Sequence record: NC_101837.1
DNA from: a phage
Reading direction: 5' to 3' (one strand)
DNA length: 64,000 nt
How positions within the stretch are numbered: the stretch's first letter is position 1; each line of letters starts with the position of its first letter. The position numbers and the translations under genes are program-made. Of the stretch, positions 18,318 to 27,827 are shown piece after piece. Under the pieces are notes generated by a model that saw only the letters and a list, made by a program, of their open reading frames with translations, was not told the origin of the DNA and ran no database searches.

Positions 18318-20063
18318 TTAACGTTGTGCAATTACTACGTCTACAATATCACCAACACCACAATACGTTAATTGCAGCAAGGTAACACTGTTAGCCTTGT
18401 TGTTAATAACAGGTGTTGCCGACAGGATAGCATACTTATCGTGCAAAGTCACGTTGTGACCTACAGCATCCTGAATGACATAGATAACTGCAGTGAATGG
18501 ATAAGGTTTATCTTCCGCTGATGTCCCAGGCCACTGTCCTATTGTAAAATCCCCTTTCGCGTGGACAACATACATGCTGGCCTGCCCGTTAGGTGTCCAT
18601 GTCCCACTGGACGCGTCAACCTCCTCTAAGTCAAAATCTACCTTTCCTGCGTGGAAAGTAGGGGCAGTAATGGTTTTACCCGCCTCAATTTCTTGAGAGG
18701 TGGTTATCTTACCACTGGAGTTAATGCCATTACAGACAAAGTTGACATTAGAGAAGTCTGGCAGCCACCCGGTCACTGTGCCGGATATTTCAAGGTTGTG
18801 AAGGTGGGTGGTGCCAGTCCCTGCGGCGTTTAAACTAACATCTCCATTTACCTGCAAGTTTCTGGTAATGTTGCAGTTTTCAGAGTTTGCAGTTGTTGCA
18901 GTTAAAGTGGTGGTGGTTAGCTCGGTAATTGTACCTTTATTGGCTGTAAGCCCTTCTCCTTCAAAAGTTGCACGCTCATTGACTCTTAGAGTATTCAGAG
19001 CTATATTTTGGATAGAGGCTGTACCTCGAATAACTACAGACCCGCCAACCTCCAAATCGCCATTTATCAATGCATCACCCGTGCTTTCAATATAGCTAGG
19101 GTAGATCATGGTGCCATCGACAGAGTATGTTATCCCTGTAACGGTACCTGTCACCTCAAGGTTCTTAACCCTGGTGGTCCCATCGACCTGCAATGTCGGT
19201 TCGGTTGCTGCCTTCATGGCATTACCACGAATGTACACGTAGTCAAAAAAGTTATTACCCAGACCATCAAAATGCACATCGTTATTATTAGCCACTGGTT
19301 TCCCAGAAGTTATAGTGTCAGCTATAACCCTGTGGGTGGACACTTCATGAGGTTGCAGCTCTGTACTTCTCCAGTCTGCATGCTTAGGATCGCTCCACGC
19401 AAAAGTAAGTGTAGAAGTATTTGCCGTGAGGATTAGATTCCTAAAGCGTGCAGTAGAATCTGCCCCATTAACAGGTCCATGTAAGGTAAGGGTGCCACCA
19501 ACTATAGTGTTAGCGAGTTCTGTAAGACCTTTTACCACCAAAGACCCTACAGTAACTTTCATCCCCTCCATGGCTTTAAATATGCTATCAACATAGTCAA
19601 CAACAAACTCTGTGTTTGCTATGGACTCTGACTTATCGTCCATTGGAGGTGTAGGTACTCGTGGGTCACCTTCGAACCTCGGGCTGTTAAGTTTTGCGTA
19701 GTATTTTGCCATTACTGCAGAGTCGGTATATAATCTCCAGTTTGGAGATTGTGAAGGATCTGCTGGCATTCTAACCGGGTTAGATTTTGATGCTGCGGGA
19801 GCGTACCACCACTGAGGGCCTGTGTCCCCTTTAAACTCGTACAGCTGGTTAAAAACTGTTGTGGATGCACCATACGCCCAAGGGATCGGTGGCGTTTTAA
19901 AATAAAGGTTGTCAAGCATGGCTTTTCGTACCGTAGGGATGGTGGTCCCATCCTCTACGACAACTTCATCCACAGCGTTACCGTTGACAACCAAGTGCAA
20001 ACGTTCAGAATCAACAATTACTTGATCTACCGCCTGCTCAAAGCTTGTCATGTCTTGCGCCAT
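18318..20063 (-). CDS. tail fibre protein (581 aa)
   Basis: in fibre gene block; Thr/Gly/Asn-rich repeats. Confidence 0.45.
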   Translation of the reverse strand: MAQDMTSFEQAVDQVIVDSERLHLVVNGNAVDEVVVEDGTTIPTVRKAMLDNLYFKTPPIPWAYGASTTVFNQLYEFKGDTGPQWWYAPAASKSNPVRMPADPSQSPNWRLYTDSAVMAKYYAKLNSPRFEGDPRVPTPPMDDKSESIANTEFVVDYVDSIFKAMEGMKVTVGSLVVKGLTELANTIVGGTLTLHGPVNGADSTARFRNLILTANTSTLTFAWSDPKHADWRSTELQPHEVSTHRVIADTITSGKPVANNNDVHFDGLGNNFFDYVYIRGNAMKAATEPTLQVDGTTRVKNLEVTGTVTGITYSVDGTMIYPSYIESTGDALINGDLEVGGSVVIRGTASIQNIALNTLRVNERATFEGEGLTANKGTITELTTTTLTATTANSENCNITRNLQVNGDVSLNAAGTGTTHLHNLEISGTVTGWLPDFSNVNFVCNGINSSGKITTSQEIEAGKTITAPTFHAGKVDFDLEEVDASSGTWTPNGQASMYVVHAKGDFTIGQWPGTSAEDKPYPFTAVIYVIQDAVGHNVTLHDKYAILSATPVINNKANSVTLLQLTYCGVGDIVDVVIAQR

Positions 20064-20072
20064 GATTTCTCC

Positions 20073-20339
20073 TTAAGCTTTTTGCTCTTCGTTTTTAACG
20101 TGGTCAGGGTGCTGGCAACCCCACCGGAGCGAGATGAATTTGCTAATAAGCTGGGGGCAAGCTACTGAAGGCGCGTATATCCACGCATACCATTCAGGAA
20201 GCGTATCATTATACCCCATATGAATAAACACCCCAGTCATCACCGCCATGCCTATGTTCGACCATAGCTTAGTTTGGGACACTTTCGTAGGGTCATCAGA
20301 TGCCGCAACCAGTCCCCATAAAAACTGAGTTAGTTTCAT
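20073..20339 (-). CDS. small protein with hydrophobic segments (possible membrane protein)
   Basis: 88-aa ORF between fibre genes. Confidence 0.3.
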   Translation of the reverse strand: MKLTQFLWGLVAASDDPTKVSQTKLWSNIGMAVMTGVFIHMGYNDTLPEWYAWIYAPSVACPQLISKFISLRWGCQHPDHVKNEEQKA

Positions 20340-20350
20340 TTACCCTCTTT

Positions 20351-21397
20351 TTAAGCATAAGATATAGTGATCCATTGACCATTTACAAGTTTTTGGATAG
20401 CACCTGTCCAGTAATCACCTTGATAAGGGTGTTTATAAGCGTAGTTACCAGAGCACATCACATGTCCAGGGTAGACTCTTGACTCTCTGTAGGTGGTTTT
20501 GAAACGGTTTGCTATCCTTACATCATCAACCCCTCTGCTGGGCATAGGGATAGTAAGGTTACCACTACTGTCTGCGCCGTTACCATTTACCCTGCGGACC
20601 ACGTTTCTTCCACCAACTGTTGCATATTGACCCCTGACTGTTTCATCGTTACAATCAACTCTTCCACCTATTTGAGCGCTTCCGCAGGATTGTTGTCCGT
20701 TAACAGTGGCTCTTGGTATCGTGACCGCATTGGCATTTGCAGAGGAACTTTTTGCATCGTTGCATTCAAGATTTCCTTGGATGGCCAGTCTTGCACGGTT
20801 GGCAGTTATAGCATTGAGCTTCATAGCCGAAAACACAGGCTGCCCACCAGAAGGTTGAAATCTCCAACGGAACCCGTCTATTTGGTGAGAAGGATCATCA
20901 AGGTCTGTGCCGTCAGCACCACCGATGTTGTCCATAATCCAGAAATCCATCGTCGTCTTGTCTGGAGTTATGGTGGTATATATTGCCGCATTGTCTGTTG
21001 ACGCAGATGCAAACTCGATTCTTTGAAGACCTAAAGTTTGAGTCTGAGTCATTATGTCTCCAGACTTGTCAACATACAGATCGTCCATTTCTTCAGGCGA
21101 GTATACATTGAGAACTTGACGTGCAGCAGCTTTGTCTGGAACGTCTGCTAGATTATTAGTGACCCTTAAGAATCTATTATCCCATCCCGGGACAACATCT
21201 TCTGTTAAATGCTTTAACCACGCAGAAAGCATGTGAAGTTCAAAGTTAACAACTTCACATGCCACTCTTTGTGTCATATCCCAACCTTTCAATCTCTCTT
21301 CTTTTTTTGGTTGAGACTTATTCAACTCTCCCGTATTTTCAAGCACAACATCCTGATTGGCCCAAATATCAAGAGGGATAACTGGTTTAGTCATCAC
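20351..21397 (-). CDS. tail fibre protein, paralogue B
   Basis: 348 aa; N- and C-termini closely similar to 22409..23449 (PLDIWANQD.../...LVNGQWITISYA). Confidence 0.5.
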   Translation of the reverse strand: MMTKPVIPLDIWANQDVVLENTGELNKSQPKKEERLKGWDMTQRVACEVVNFELHMLSAWLKHLTEDVVPGWDNRFLRVTNNLADVPDKAAARQVLNVYSPEEMDDLYVDKSGDIMTQTQTLGLQRIEFASASTDNAAIYTTITPDKTTMDFWIMDNIGGADGTDLDDPSHQIDGFRWRFQPSGGQPVFSAMKLNAITANRARLAIQGNLECNDAKSSSANANAVTIPRATVNGQQSCGSAQIGGRVDCNDETVRGQYATVGGRNVVRRVNGNGADSSGNLTIPMPSRGVDDVRIANRFKTTYRESRVYPGHVMCSGNYAYKHPYQGDYWTGAIQKLVNGQWITISYA

Positions 21398-21483
21398 GTT
21401 CTCCTGAGAAAATTCCTTAGGACTATTTTAACACTTTAGGGAACAAAATGCAAGAACGGAGTCCTTTCCGTTCTGACCTTTGT

Positions 21484-21798
21484 TTACCTTTTACTATGCT
21501 CTACGAGCATGTGCAAAATCTTTTGTACATCAGCTCGGATACCGGAGACATCTGTCCTGACATCCTGCTTAAGGTCGTTAATATCGGCCTCTAGCTTACT
21601 TAACCGGGTCTCGATAACGGAATCAAGTTTATCTTTTGTAACCATACTGTTTTTCACTAAGATGAGGTCTTTCTCCAGTTCATCCAACCTCTTGGAAATG
21701 CCTTTCCATTTGGTGTGCCACTGGTTGAAAGCCCATACACAGATCGGGACAACGGTACCCATGCAGATACCGTACAATGCCGCCAAATCCAACTCCAC
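21484..21798 (-). CDS. small membrane-anchored coiled-coil protein
   Basis: 104 aa; N-terminal hydrophobic segment then heptad-like charged region. Confidence 0.3.
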   Translation of the reverse strand: MELDLAALYGICMGTVVPICVWAFNQWHTKWKGISKRLDELEKDLILVKNSMVTKDKLDSVIETRLSKLEADINDLKQDVRTDVSGIRADVQKILHMLVEHSKR

Positions 21799-21809
21799 AA
21801 CACCTCCTC

Positions 21810-22394
21810 TTAGAGGGTAGGTCGCTCCGGGAAGAAAATGTCAGGGGCTTTAGATGTATCTATTTCAAGAAGTTTTACCCTGTACATTTTCAAATCTCTG
21901 ATGTTACGTTTCTGGTCATCAGTAAGATCATATTCAAGGTCAATCATGTCTTGATAGGCACCAATTCTAGCAGTAGCCCAAGCAAGTTCTGTCTCTATGA
22001 CACCCTCTGCCTGTTGAACAAAGAATTCATTGTCTGTGACAAATTCATCACCAACTAAACGCAAAGCGTCGTGGTGAAGCATAATGTTTTCTGGTACCTC
22101 TTCTTTTTTGGCGATAACCACACGAAGACCTGGAGCAGGCCATAAGGCATCAGGTTCTTCTGTAGATGTCTTAAGAATTCCCTTCTCGTCAACAAGTAGG
22201 AAGATACACCCCGGATTTTCTTGTCGTAATGTTCGTGACTGCACATACCAATCGCCATCATCATTACGTAAAAAATACCCAGTGTATGCTGTGTAATCCT
22301 CAACCTCTTGAGGGGTCAGCTCCTTGGTTTCCTTGTTGGTGCGGTATTCGCCAGATCCCGGTTGGTAAAGTTTAAACTCTTGAAGTATTTTCAT
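21810..22394 (-). CDS. tail fibre assembly protein (lambda Tfa-like)
   Basis: 194 aa; C-terminal ...QDMIDLEYDL...YRVKLLEIDTSKAPDIFFP matches the lambda Tfa C-terminal signature (...YRVLLNRVDTSTAPDIEWP) as recalled. Confidence 0.65.
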   Translation of the reverse strand: MKILQEFKLYQPGSGEYRTNKETKELTPQEVEDYTAYTGYFLRNDDGDWYVQSRTLRQENPGCIFLLVDEKGILKTSTEEPDALWPAPGLRVVIAKKEEVPENIMLHHDALRLVGDEFVTDNEFFVQQAEGVIETELAWATARIGAYQDMIDLEYDLTDDQKRNIRDLKMYRVKLLEIDTSKAPDIFFPERPTL

Positions 22395-22408
22395 GCTAGT
22401 CCTCCGAT

Positions 22409-23449
22409 CTATGCATAATTAACAGTGATCCATTGACCATTTACAAGTTTTTGTAAAGGTCCTGCCCAGTAGGTTGAACCACGCATCTCTTTTTTGTCAC
22501 CGAAATGCCAGCCTGTGACAACGTAGCCGTTGCGGATTGGAGATTCAGAAACTCCGTCCACAAGTCTTGCACCGATTCTGATGTCTTGCACACCTGTCTG
22601 CGGGATAGTGATCGTTACATCACCGTTACCGTTAGCCGTCACTCCGTTCACAGAGCGAACCACATTTCTGTTACCTACAACACAGTGCTGGCTTCTTACA
22701 ACCATACTGTCACAACTTGCACCACCATTAACATATACTGACCCAGCCGTCAACTGACTGGCCACATTACAGTTGGTGAATGTTGCGGTATTGCTGATAG
22801 TAAGGTTATTGCACCTCATGTTATCGACAACTTCAACATTGCCTACCACTTTCAACAGCGCACGGTTAGCCGTGATCGCGTTAAGGTACATCAAAGTGAA
22901 CTCCGGATTAATATCCGGCTGAGTTGGCTGGAATCTCCAACGAAACGCATCTATTGTAGATGTGCCACCATCATCAAACGCCCCAGTATTATCACTTAAC
23001 CCAAAGTCGAGAGTTGTCTTATCTGGGCCAATAGTTGTCTCTATCCAAGCCTTATCTGTCTCGGCAGCTTTAAAGTTGATACGTTGCAAACCCAATGGGC
23101 CTGTCATTGTATCACCTGTAACTTTTACATACCTGGCGTCTGCCTCTTCCTTAGTAATAATCCCAAGGTTTCTACGGGCAACAGGAATGTTCAAAAGATC
23201 ACTCAAGTTATTATCACGTACCAGATAACGGCCTTCTTGAGCGGGGATCTGCTCGTCAGCAATGTATTTTGCCCAAGTTCCGAGCATATTGAAAATATAG
23301 TTAAGTTCTTCACATGAGGGCTTTTGACCAAGATCCCAACCTTTTCTCCACAAATCATCAATCGGGCGTAGCCTGTTCTGTCTGTGGGTGTTAGGCAGAA
23401 CCTGATCCTCCTCTGCCCAAATCTCTAATGGAAAACTAGGTTTTGACAT
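22409..23449 (-). CDS. tail fibre protein, paralogue A
   Basis: 346 aa; conserved termini shared with 20351..21397; followed by the Tfa-like gene. Confidence 0.5.
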   Translation of the reverse strand: MSKPSFPLEIWAEEDQVLPNTHRQNRLRPIDDLWRKGWDLGQKPSCEELNYIFNMLGTWAKYIADEQIPAQEGRYLVRDNNLSDLLNIPVARRNLGIITKEEADARYVKVTGDTMTGPLGLQRINFKAAETDKAWIETTIGPDKTTLDFGLSDNTGAFDDGGTSTIDAFRWRFQPTQPDINPEFTLMYLNAITANRALLKVVGNVEVVDNMRCNNLTISNTATFTNCNVASQLTAGSVYVNGGASCDSMVVRSQHCVVGNRNVVRSVNGVTANGNGDVTITIPQTGVQDIRIGARLVDGVSESPIRNGYVVTGWHFGDKKEMRGSTYWAGPLQKLVNGQWITVNYA

Positions 23450-23461
23450 TTTATCTCCTGA

Positions 23462-25534
23462 TTATGAGAAGTCTGGCGGGACAACATCTTCTACATACCC
23501 TTTCAGAGCAACCTGCCCCATATGAAGCACGGTAGAATCTCTAGCGGTAACAGTGATGCTGTCAGACATTACTTGCGGATATGCCCATACATACTGTTTT
23601 ACCTCAGGGTATCTATACTCTATAGTTGCCATGTTTCCGCAAATACATCTCCATAAAAATTCTTGGTAATTCCTAGTTGGGTCGTAGCCATATACCGGAG
23701 CAAGCTCTTTACTAGGAACGAACCCTGCAAGGTATTGTATTTCAGACGGTTGCCAACCTAACTTAACGATAGGTATGTTTACAGACTCTTTTGCCTTTTC
23801 AATACCTCCCTGCATCACCCAATCGTAGCACTCAGTGCAGAAGAAATCAAGAGCACCTGCTTCCTTTTTATATTGGTCAGCAAGGTTCAGCTTTTGCGTA
23901 AGCTCGGTTTCCATAATGGTTGGGAAAAACAGCAAAGCTGTCATCTGAGCTGATGCAGCGTGTGCCTTTACTGCCTTTGAAATAGCCGCAATACGAGCGC
24001 CAAGCTTACCACGACAAAATGCTACATACTTGTCGTAAACACCGCCAGTTTTAGGATCGTCAATAGTCCCAATATCTAATGCATACTCACCTGTCTCATC
24101 ATAAAACGCCTGCTTTGTAGGGTAATCATAAATACAAGGTCTACGAGTATCGGTATTGTACCACCACCACGGTTCACCAACCTGCATAATCACTGGCAGG
24201 TTGTTTCTCATAGCGGCTGATGCAAAATTCTTAAATACTGCAGTAAGGAAATTCATACCCTCTTCAATGGTTGGAGACAGGAGGTAGCTACAAGGTGTAT
24301 ACCCTGTTTTAGCGTAGTTATCGTTCCAGTCTCTTTGGGTCCATTCCAACGGGCAGGCATCGCTGAAAAGCTCAAAACTTACAGATTGCATAACGTCGAA
24401 GTTATGTCGTTTGGCATTGTACATAAAATCATCATGCCATTTATAAGCTGCAGCGTTTAGCGCTCCTGTTCTGTTTATAGACCATTGAGTTCCTGACCAT
24501 GTGTAGTCATAATAATGACTCATACCAACATAATGGTTTATGGTTCCGGTATAGCCCAGACGCTTGATATTGTTCAACACCCTTAAAGGAGACACGTTCC
24601 ACATATCGTCATATGCTGTGCAGATCCCAACGTCGTGTTCTTTCACCTGAATATTGTTAAGTTGCATCATTTTCCAGCCTGTGTCTGGCTGAAGCAGATC
24701 TAGGCGCAACTCACACTCTACATTTTCCGTTCTTGGATCTGTGCTATTACTTACCCAGTCTTTAGGCATAAGTGGTATTAAAATCCTTCTCACCTGCCGA
24801 GGATCAACACCCATCATGTTGTTGTTCTGGTCCATCCCGACGCAGTCCTCAAAATCAATATGAATTTCTGCAACATTTTTATCCTCTGAGATGCTGACAG
24901 CATATTGAGCTAAAGGAACATAGATGATTGTGCCATCAACAAGGTCTACAGTCATAATCATCTTTTCAGGAGTGGAGAAGTTGCTGGCGTTGGTTATTGA
25001 CATTCTGAACCAAAGCTTGGTGTTTCTCATCTCATAGTGATCATCAAACCCAATACCGAAATGGTCATACTTGTCAACTGTTTCCCAAATGCACCCAGCC
25101 ATACCTCCATATGTTCTTGACACTAAACGGTTAATACAACAGTTGTTATCTGCAACAATACAGGTACTTTCAGTCTGCTGAGTGGTTGTAACCCAATATC
25201 TTGGGTGAAACATTCTCTCCTCAACAGTATCCCAAGATATCCTGTCAAGATTCTCATCTGAAACTATTGTACATTTCGCCCTTTGTGTTCCAATCATCAC
25301 TCCTTGAGATTTTGATGAAAACTCCATAAAGAAGCTTCTTGGCAACCTGTTGGGTAATTTGTCAACAATTTCCACTGGGATCTCAATACTGGTTGCCCCA
25401 ACTGGGATAGTTACATCGCCCTCAACATGATCATAATCTCTACCAGGAACGGCAGTATCCTGAACTGTGCGGTAATGAAACTGTGCAGCCATTGTAGAGT
25501 AATCACGGTAAGGTTTAAAAACAGCTGTTGCCAT
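23462..25534 (-). CDS. tail fibre/baseplate-associated protein (690 aa)
   Basis: sits in the P2 gpH position after the J- and I-like genes. Confidence 0.4.
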   Translation of the reverse strand: MATAVFKPYRDYSTMAAQFHYRTVQDTAVPGRDYDHVEGDVTIPVGATSIEIPVEIVDKLPNRLPRSFFMEFSSKSQGVMIGTQRAKCTIVSDENLDRISWDTVEERMFHPRYWVTTTQQTESTCIVADNNCCINRLVSRTYGGMAGCIWETVDKYDHFGIGFDDHYEMRNTKLWFRMSITNASNFSTPEKMIMTVDLVDGTIIYVPLAQYAVSISEDKNVAEIHIDFEDCVGMDQNNNMMGVDPRQVRRILIPLMPKDWVSNSTDPRTENVECELRLDLLQPDTGWKMMQLNNIQVKEHDVGICTAYDDMWNVSPLRVLNNIKRLGYTGTINHYVGMSHYYDYTWSGTQWSINRTGALNAAAYKWHDDFMYNAKRHNFDVMQSVSFELFSDACPLEWTQRDWNDNYAKTGYTPCSYLLSPTIEEGMNFLTAVFKNFASAAMRNNLPVIMQVGEPWWWYNTDTRRPCIYDYPTKQAFYDETGEYALDIGTIDDPKTGGVYDKYVAFCRGKLGARIAAISKAVKAHAASAQMTALLFFPTIMETELTQKLNLADQYKKEAGALDFFCTECYDWVMQGGIEKAKESVNIPIVKLGWQPSEIQYLAGFVPSKELAPVYGYDPTRNYQEFLWRCICGNMATIEYRYPEVKQYVWAYPQVMSDSITVTARDSTVLHMGQVALKGYVEDVVPPDFS

Positions 25535-26220
25535 TAACCCTCCTGTCTAGTTGCGTTTACTGTAATACTTTCACAATAAATGGTTGTGGTGTCCCAATCA
25601 GGTCTTACGTCAGGAACATATAGCAAAGTAGCCAGCCCACCAACTCCGAATTGGTTTTCTTCCCACACTGATCCGAAGCCCAGAGCTGTAGAGTCCCCTT
25701 CAAAACCAAAAGCTTGCCCTTGCGATTCCGTAAGACGCAAATGACAAGGCAATGGTAGCATATCTAAGATCTGATCGATAGACTGCAATATGTCAAAGCA
25801 AGTTTTTCTAATATTTATGTCAAACCTGAAGTTGTCTCCTTTCCACGTATCGAAATTGTCTCTTCCGAACAATTGTCGCAAGGTGGAGATGACATCTTCG
25901 CGAGTCCCGCCCCTTGATGCTGCGGCCTGCTGAATAATTAGTGTGGCACGAAAATCAGCATCTGAAAGTCCATTCCTAAGAATACCAAGTTGATTACCAA
26001 CTTCGTCAAGGTATCTTCCGCTGGCATTGTTAAGCAATCTTCCTTCAGCCAAACCTACCAGCATCTTATCAACATCCTCCAACCTTTTAAGGTATACGGT
26101 TAAGAATGTGACTAAATTAACCTTCTCAGCCAGAAAATCTCCAGGTAGGTAGTCAAGACCTCCCTGAACAAAATCTGGCAGAGTGTGGATGTGGTTAACA
26201 TCCGACTTAATCTCTGCCAT
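25534..26220 (-). CDS. baseplate protein (P2 gpI-like position)
   Basis: 228 aa, immediately after the baseplate J-like gene. Confidence 0.35.
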   Translation of the reverse strand: MAEIKSDVNHIHTLPDFVQGGLDYLPGDFLAEKVNLVTFLTVYLKRLEDVDKMLVGLAEGRLLNNASGRYLDEVGNQLGILRNGLSDADFRATLIIQQAAASRGGTREDVISTLRQLFGRDNFDTWKGDNFRFDINIRKTCFDILQSIDQILDMLPLPCHLRLTESQGQAFGFEGDSTALGFGSVWEENQFGVGGLATLLYVPDVRPDWDTTTIYCESITVNATRQEG

Positions 26221-26231
26221 ATCTCGCCGCC

Positions 26232-27722
26232 TTAAATAGTTTGTTGGAAAGTTATATTACTTTCGTCGAGGTCAAACACCTCGGTCATGTTCGCAACAAT
26301 ATCGTTTGTAGTGTAAGCTTCATCAGAAGCCTCTACTGGTTTAACTTGAATTACCAGTCTATTAAATCTACCTATTGACACAGCAGCAGATGCAGCACCT
26401 ACCAATTGGATATTATACAACGTATCTGCAACATCCAGTCCGTTAACAACCTGCAAAAGAGCCTCTACAATGGCATCTTTTTCGGTTGTAGAAAGCGCAG
26501 CACCGGAGTAGGTAATTCTTACATCTAGGCGGTAGGTATTTGCCTTGGAGTAATAAATTCTTTCAGTTTGACCGTCAGATGTAGTGACATCGTAGAAAAT
26601 ATTACCATAAGTCCTGTTCGTACAAGCTATAGTTTGGTAAAGTGCCTGGCAAATGTCCTCCGTTGCACCACCAAACACAACCACTTGGAACTTGTAAGGA
26701 GGTATACCTTTAGCATCAGTTTTATCGGTGTTGTTGGAGAACACTCTCACTTTCTCAACACCTTTCACCTCGCTTACAGCGCTAAGGATTGCAGGACGGG
26801 TAGCCTTAGATGTTAACTGTTTTGTGCTGGAAGCTCTTAAGCGATACTCTGAGTCTTTCTCAACATCCCTGCCCTCATTGAATCTTTCTCTGTTGGTAAG
26901 CTTGATAAATCCACTAGGAGTAGGTGACATTGTTGTCACGGTTTCTGCCTCTCTTGACAGCTCACCAGCCTCGTTAGCGATAACATCCAGTGTGATAGTT
27001 CTTTCCCCTACAATCGGGGATACTCTGAAATCTACCCTGCTGTTAAGTCCAACTTGATCAAGATTCGAATTGTACCCTATCCACAACGTTCCTGTCAACA
27101 TATCGATCTGAATCAAATCGTCGTTCAACAGGGTTGTATTATCGACAATGAATTGCTTAATCTCTCCGTAAAAGCTTGGCAAATCAGAAGAGTCCAGAGA
27201 CTTATCTGTTAAAACCAGGCTTTTTGTTTTGATACTTCCATCTGTCTGGTTGGTAATTTGGAAGTTGTATTTCCCAATCCTTAGGTCTGGAGCATTTATT
27301 CTGTGAGCAATAAGATTCCCTGCTACTTGCACATCGTTGCTAAGAACAAAGTTGCCACTGTCTAGCGTATAAGTTTTGGAATCATAAATCATATTGTACG
27401 GCACAGTTGTGTTGATTGTCAACTGGCAGGTACCTGATGATTTAGAACGGCCTCTTCGGTAAATACCCTGTCTTCCAAGAAGCTCATCCAGGTAAATACC
27501 TTCTGCCCCATACAGCGTCTGTGATGCGTATACAGATGCTGCCATAAGAATAAGTTGATACTCTCGCTCGTTGAAAATAGTGGTCAGCTTATCTGCAACG
27601 GAGTTACTTTGTACGTTGAAGTTTTCGCCAAAAGCACGGATCAGGCTTTGCTTAGTTTCAACGATTAGGTCATTTAGGGTTGGTATAACGAAACCAGCCT
27701 CTGTCAATCCATACTTAGCCAC
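26232..27722 (-). CDS. baseplate J-like protein
   Basis: 496 aa; N-terminal region (...GAEGIYLDELLGRQGIYRRGR...) resembles the Baseplate_J family. Confidence 0.5.
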   Translation of the reverse strand: MAKYGLTEAGFVIPTLNDLIVETKQSLIRAFGENFNVQSNSVADKLTTIFNEREYQLILMAASVYASQTLYGAEGIYLDELLGRQGIYRRGRSKSSGTCQLTINTTVPYNMIYDSKTYTLDSGNFVLSNDVQVAGNLIAHRINAPDLRIGKYNFQITNQTDGSIKTKSLVLTDKSLDSSDLPSFYGEIKQFIVDNTTLLNDDLIQIDMLTGTLWIGYNSNLDQVGLNSRVDFRVSPIVGERTITLDVIANEAGELSREAETVTTMSPTPSGFIKLTNRERFNEGRDVEKDSEYRLRASSTKQLTSKATRPAILSAVSEVKGVEKVRVFSNNTDKTDAKGIPPYKFQVVVFGGATEDICQALYQTIACTNRTYGNIFYDVTTSDGQTERIYYSKANTYRLDVRITYSGAALSTTEKDAIVEALLQVVNGLDVADTLYNIQLVGAASAAVSIGRFNRLVIQVKPVEASDEAYTTNDIVANMTEVFDLDESNITFQQTI

Positions 27723-27789
27723 GTCACTCCTCCGGTATGAAAATCTCTACAAGGTATTTTACCAAATTTTGTAACAATAGTCAATCTGA

Positions 27790-27819
27790 GCATAAAAATA
27801 AACCCCGCCGAAGCGGGGC
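27790..27819 (-). terminator. rho-independent terminator (same CCCCGC/GCGGGG UUCG hairpin as at 1463)
   Basis: hairpin 27803-27818, minus-strand U-tract UUUAUUUUUAU, just after stop of 27828..31427. Confidence 0.5.
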
Positions 27820-27827
27820 TTTAAAGG

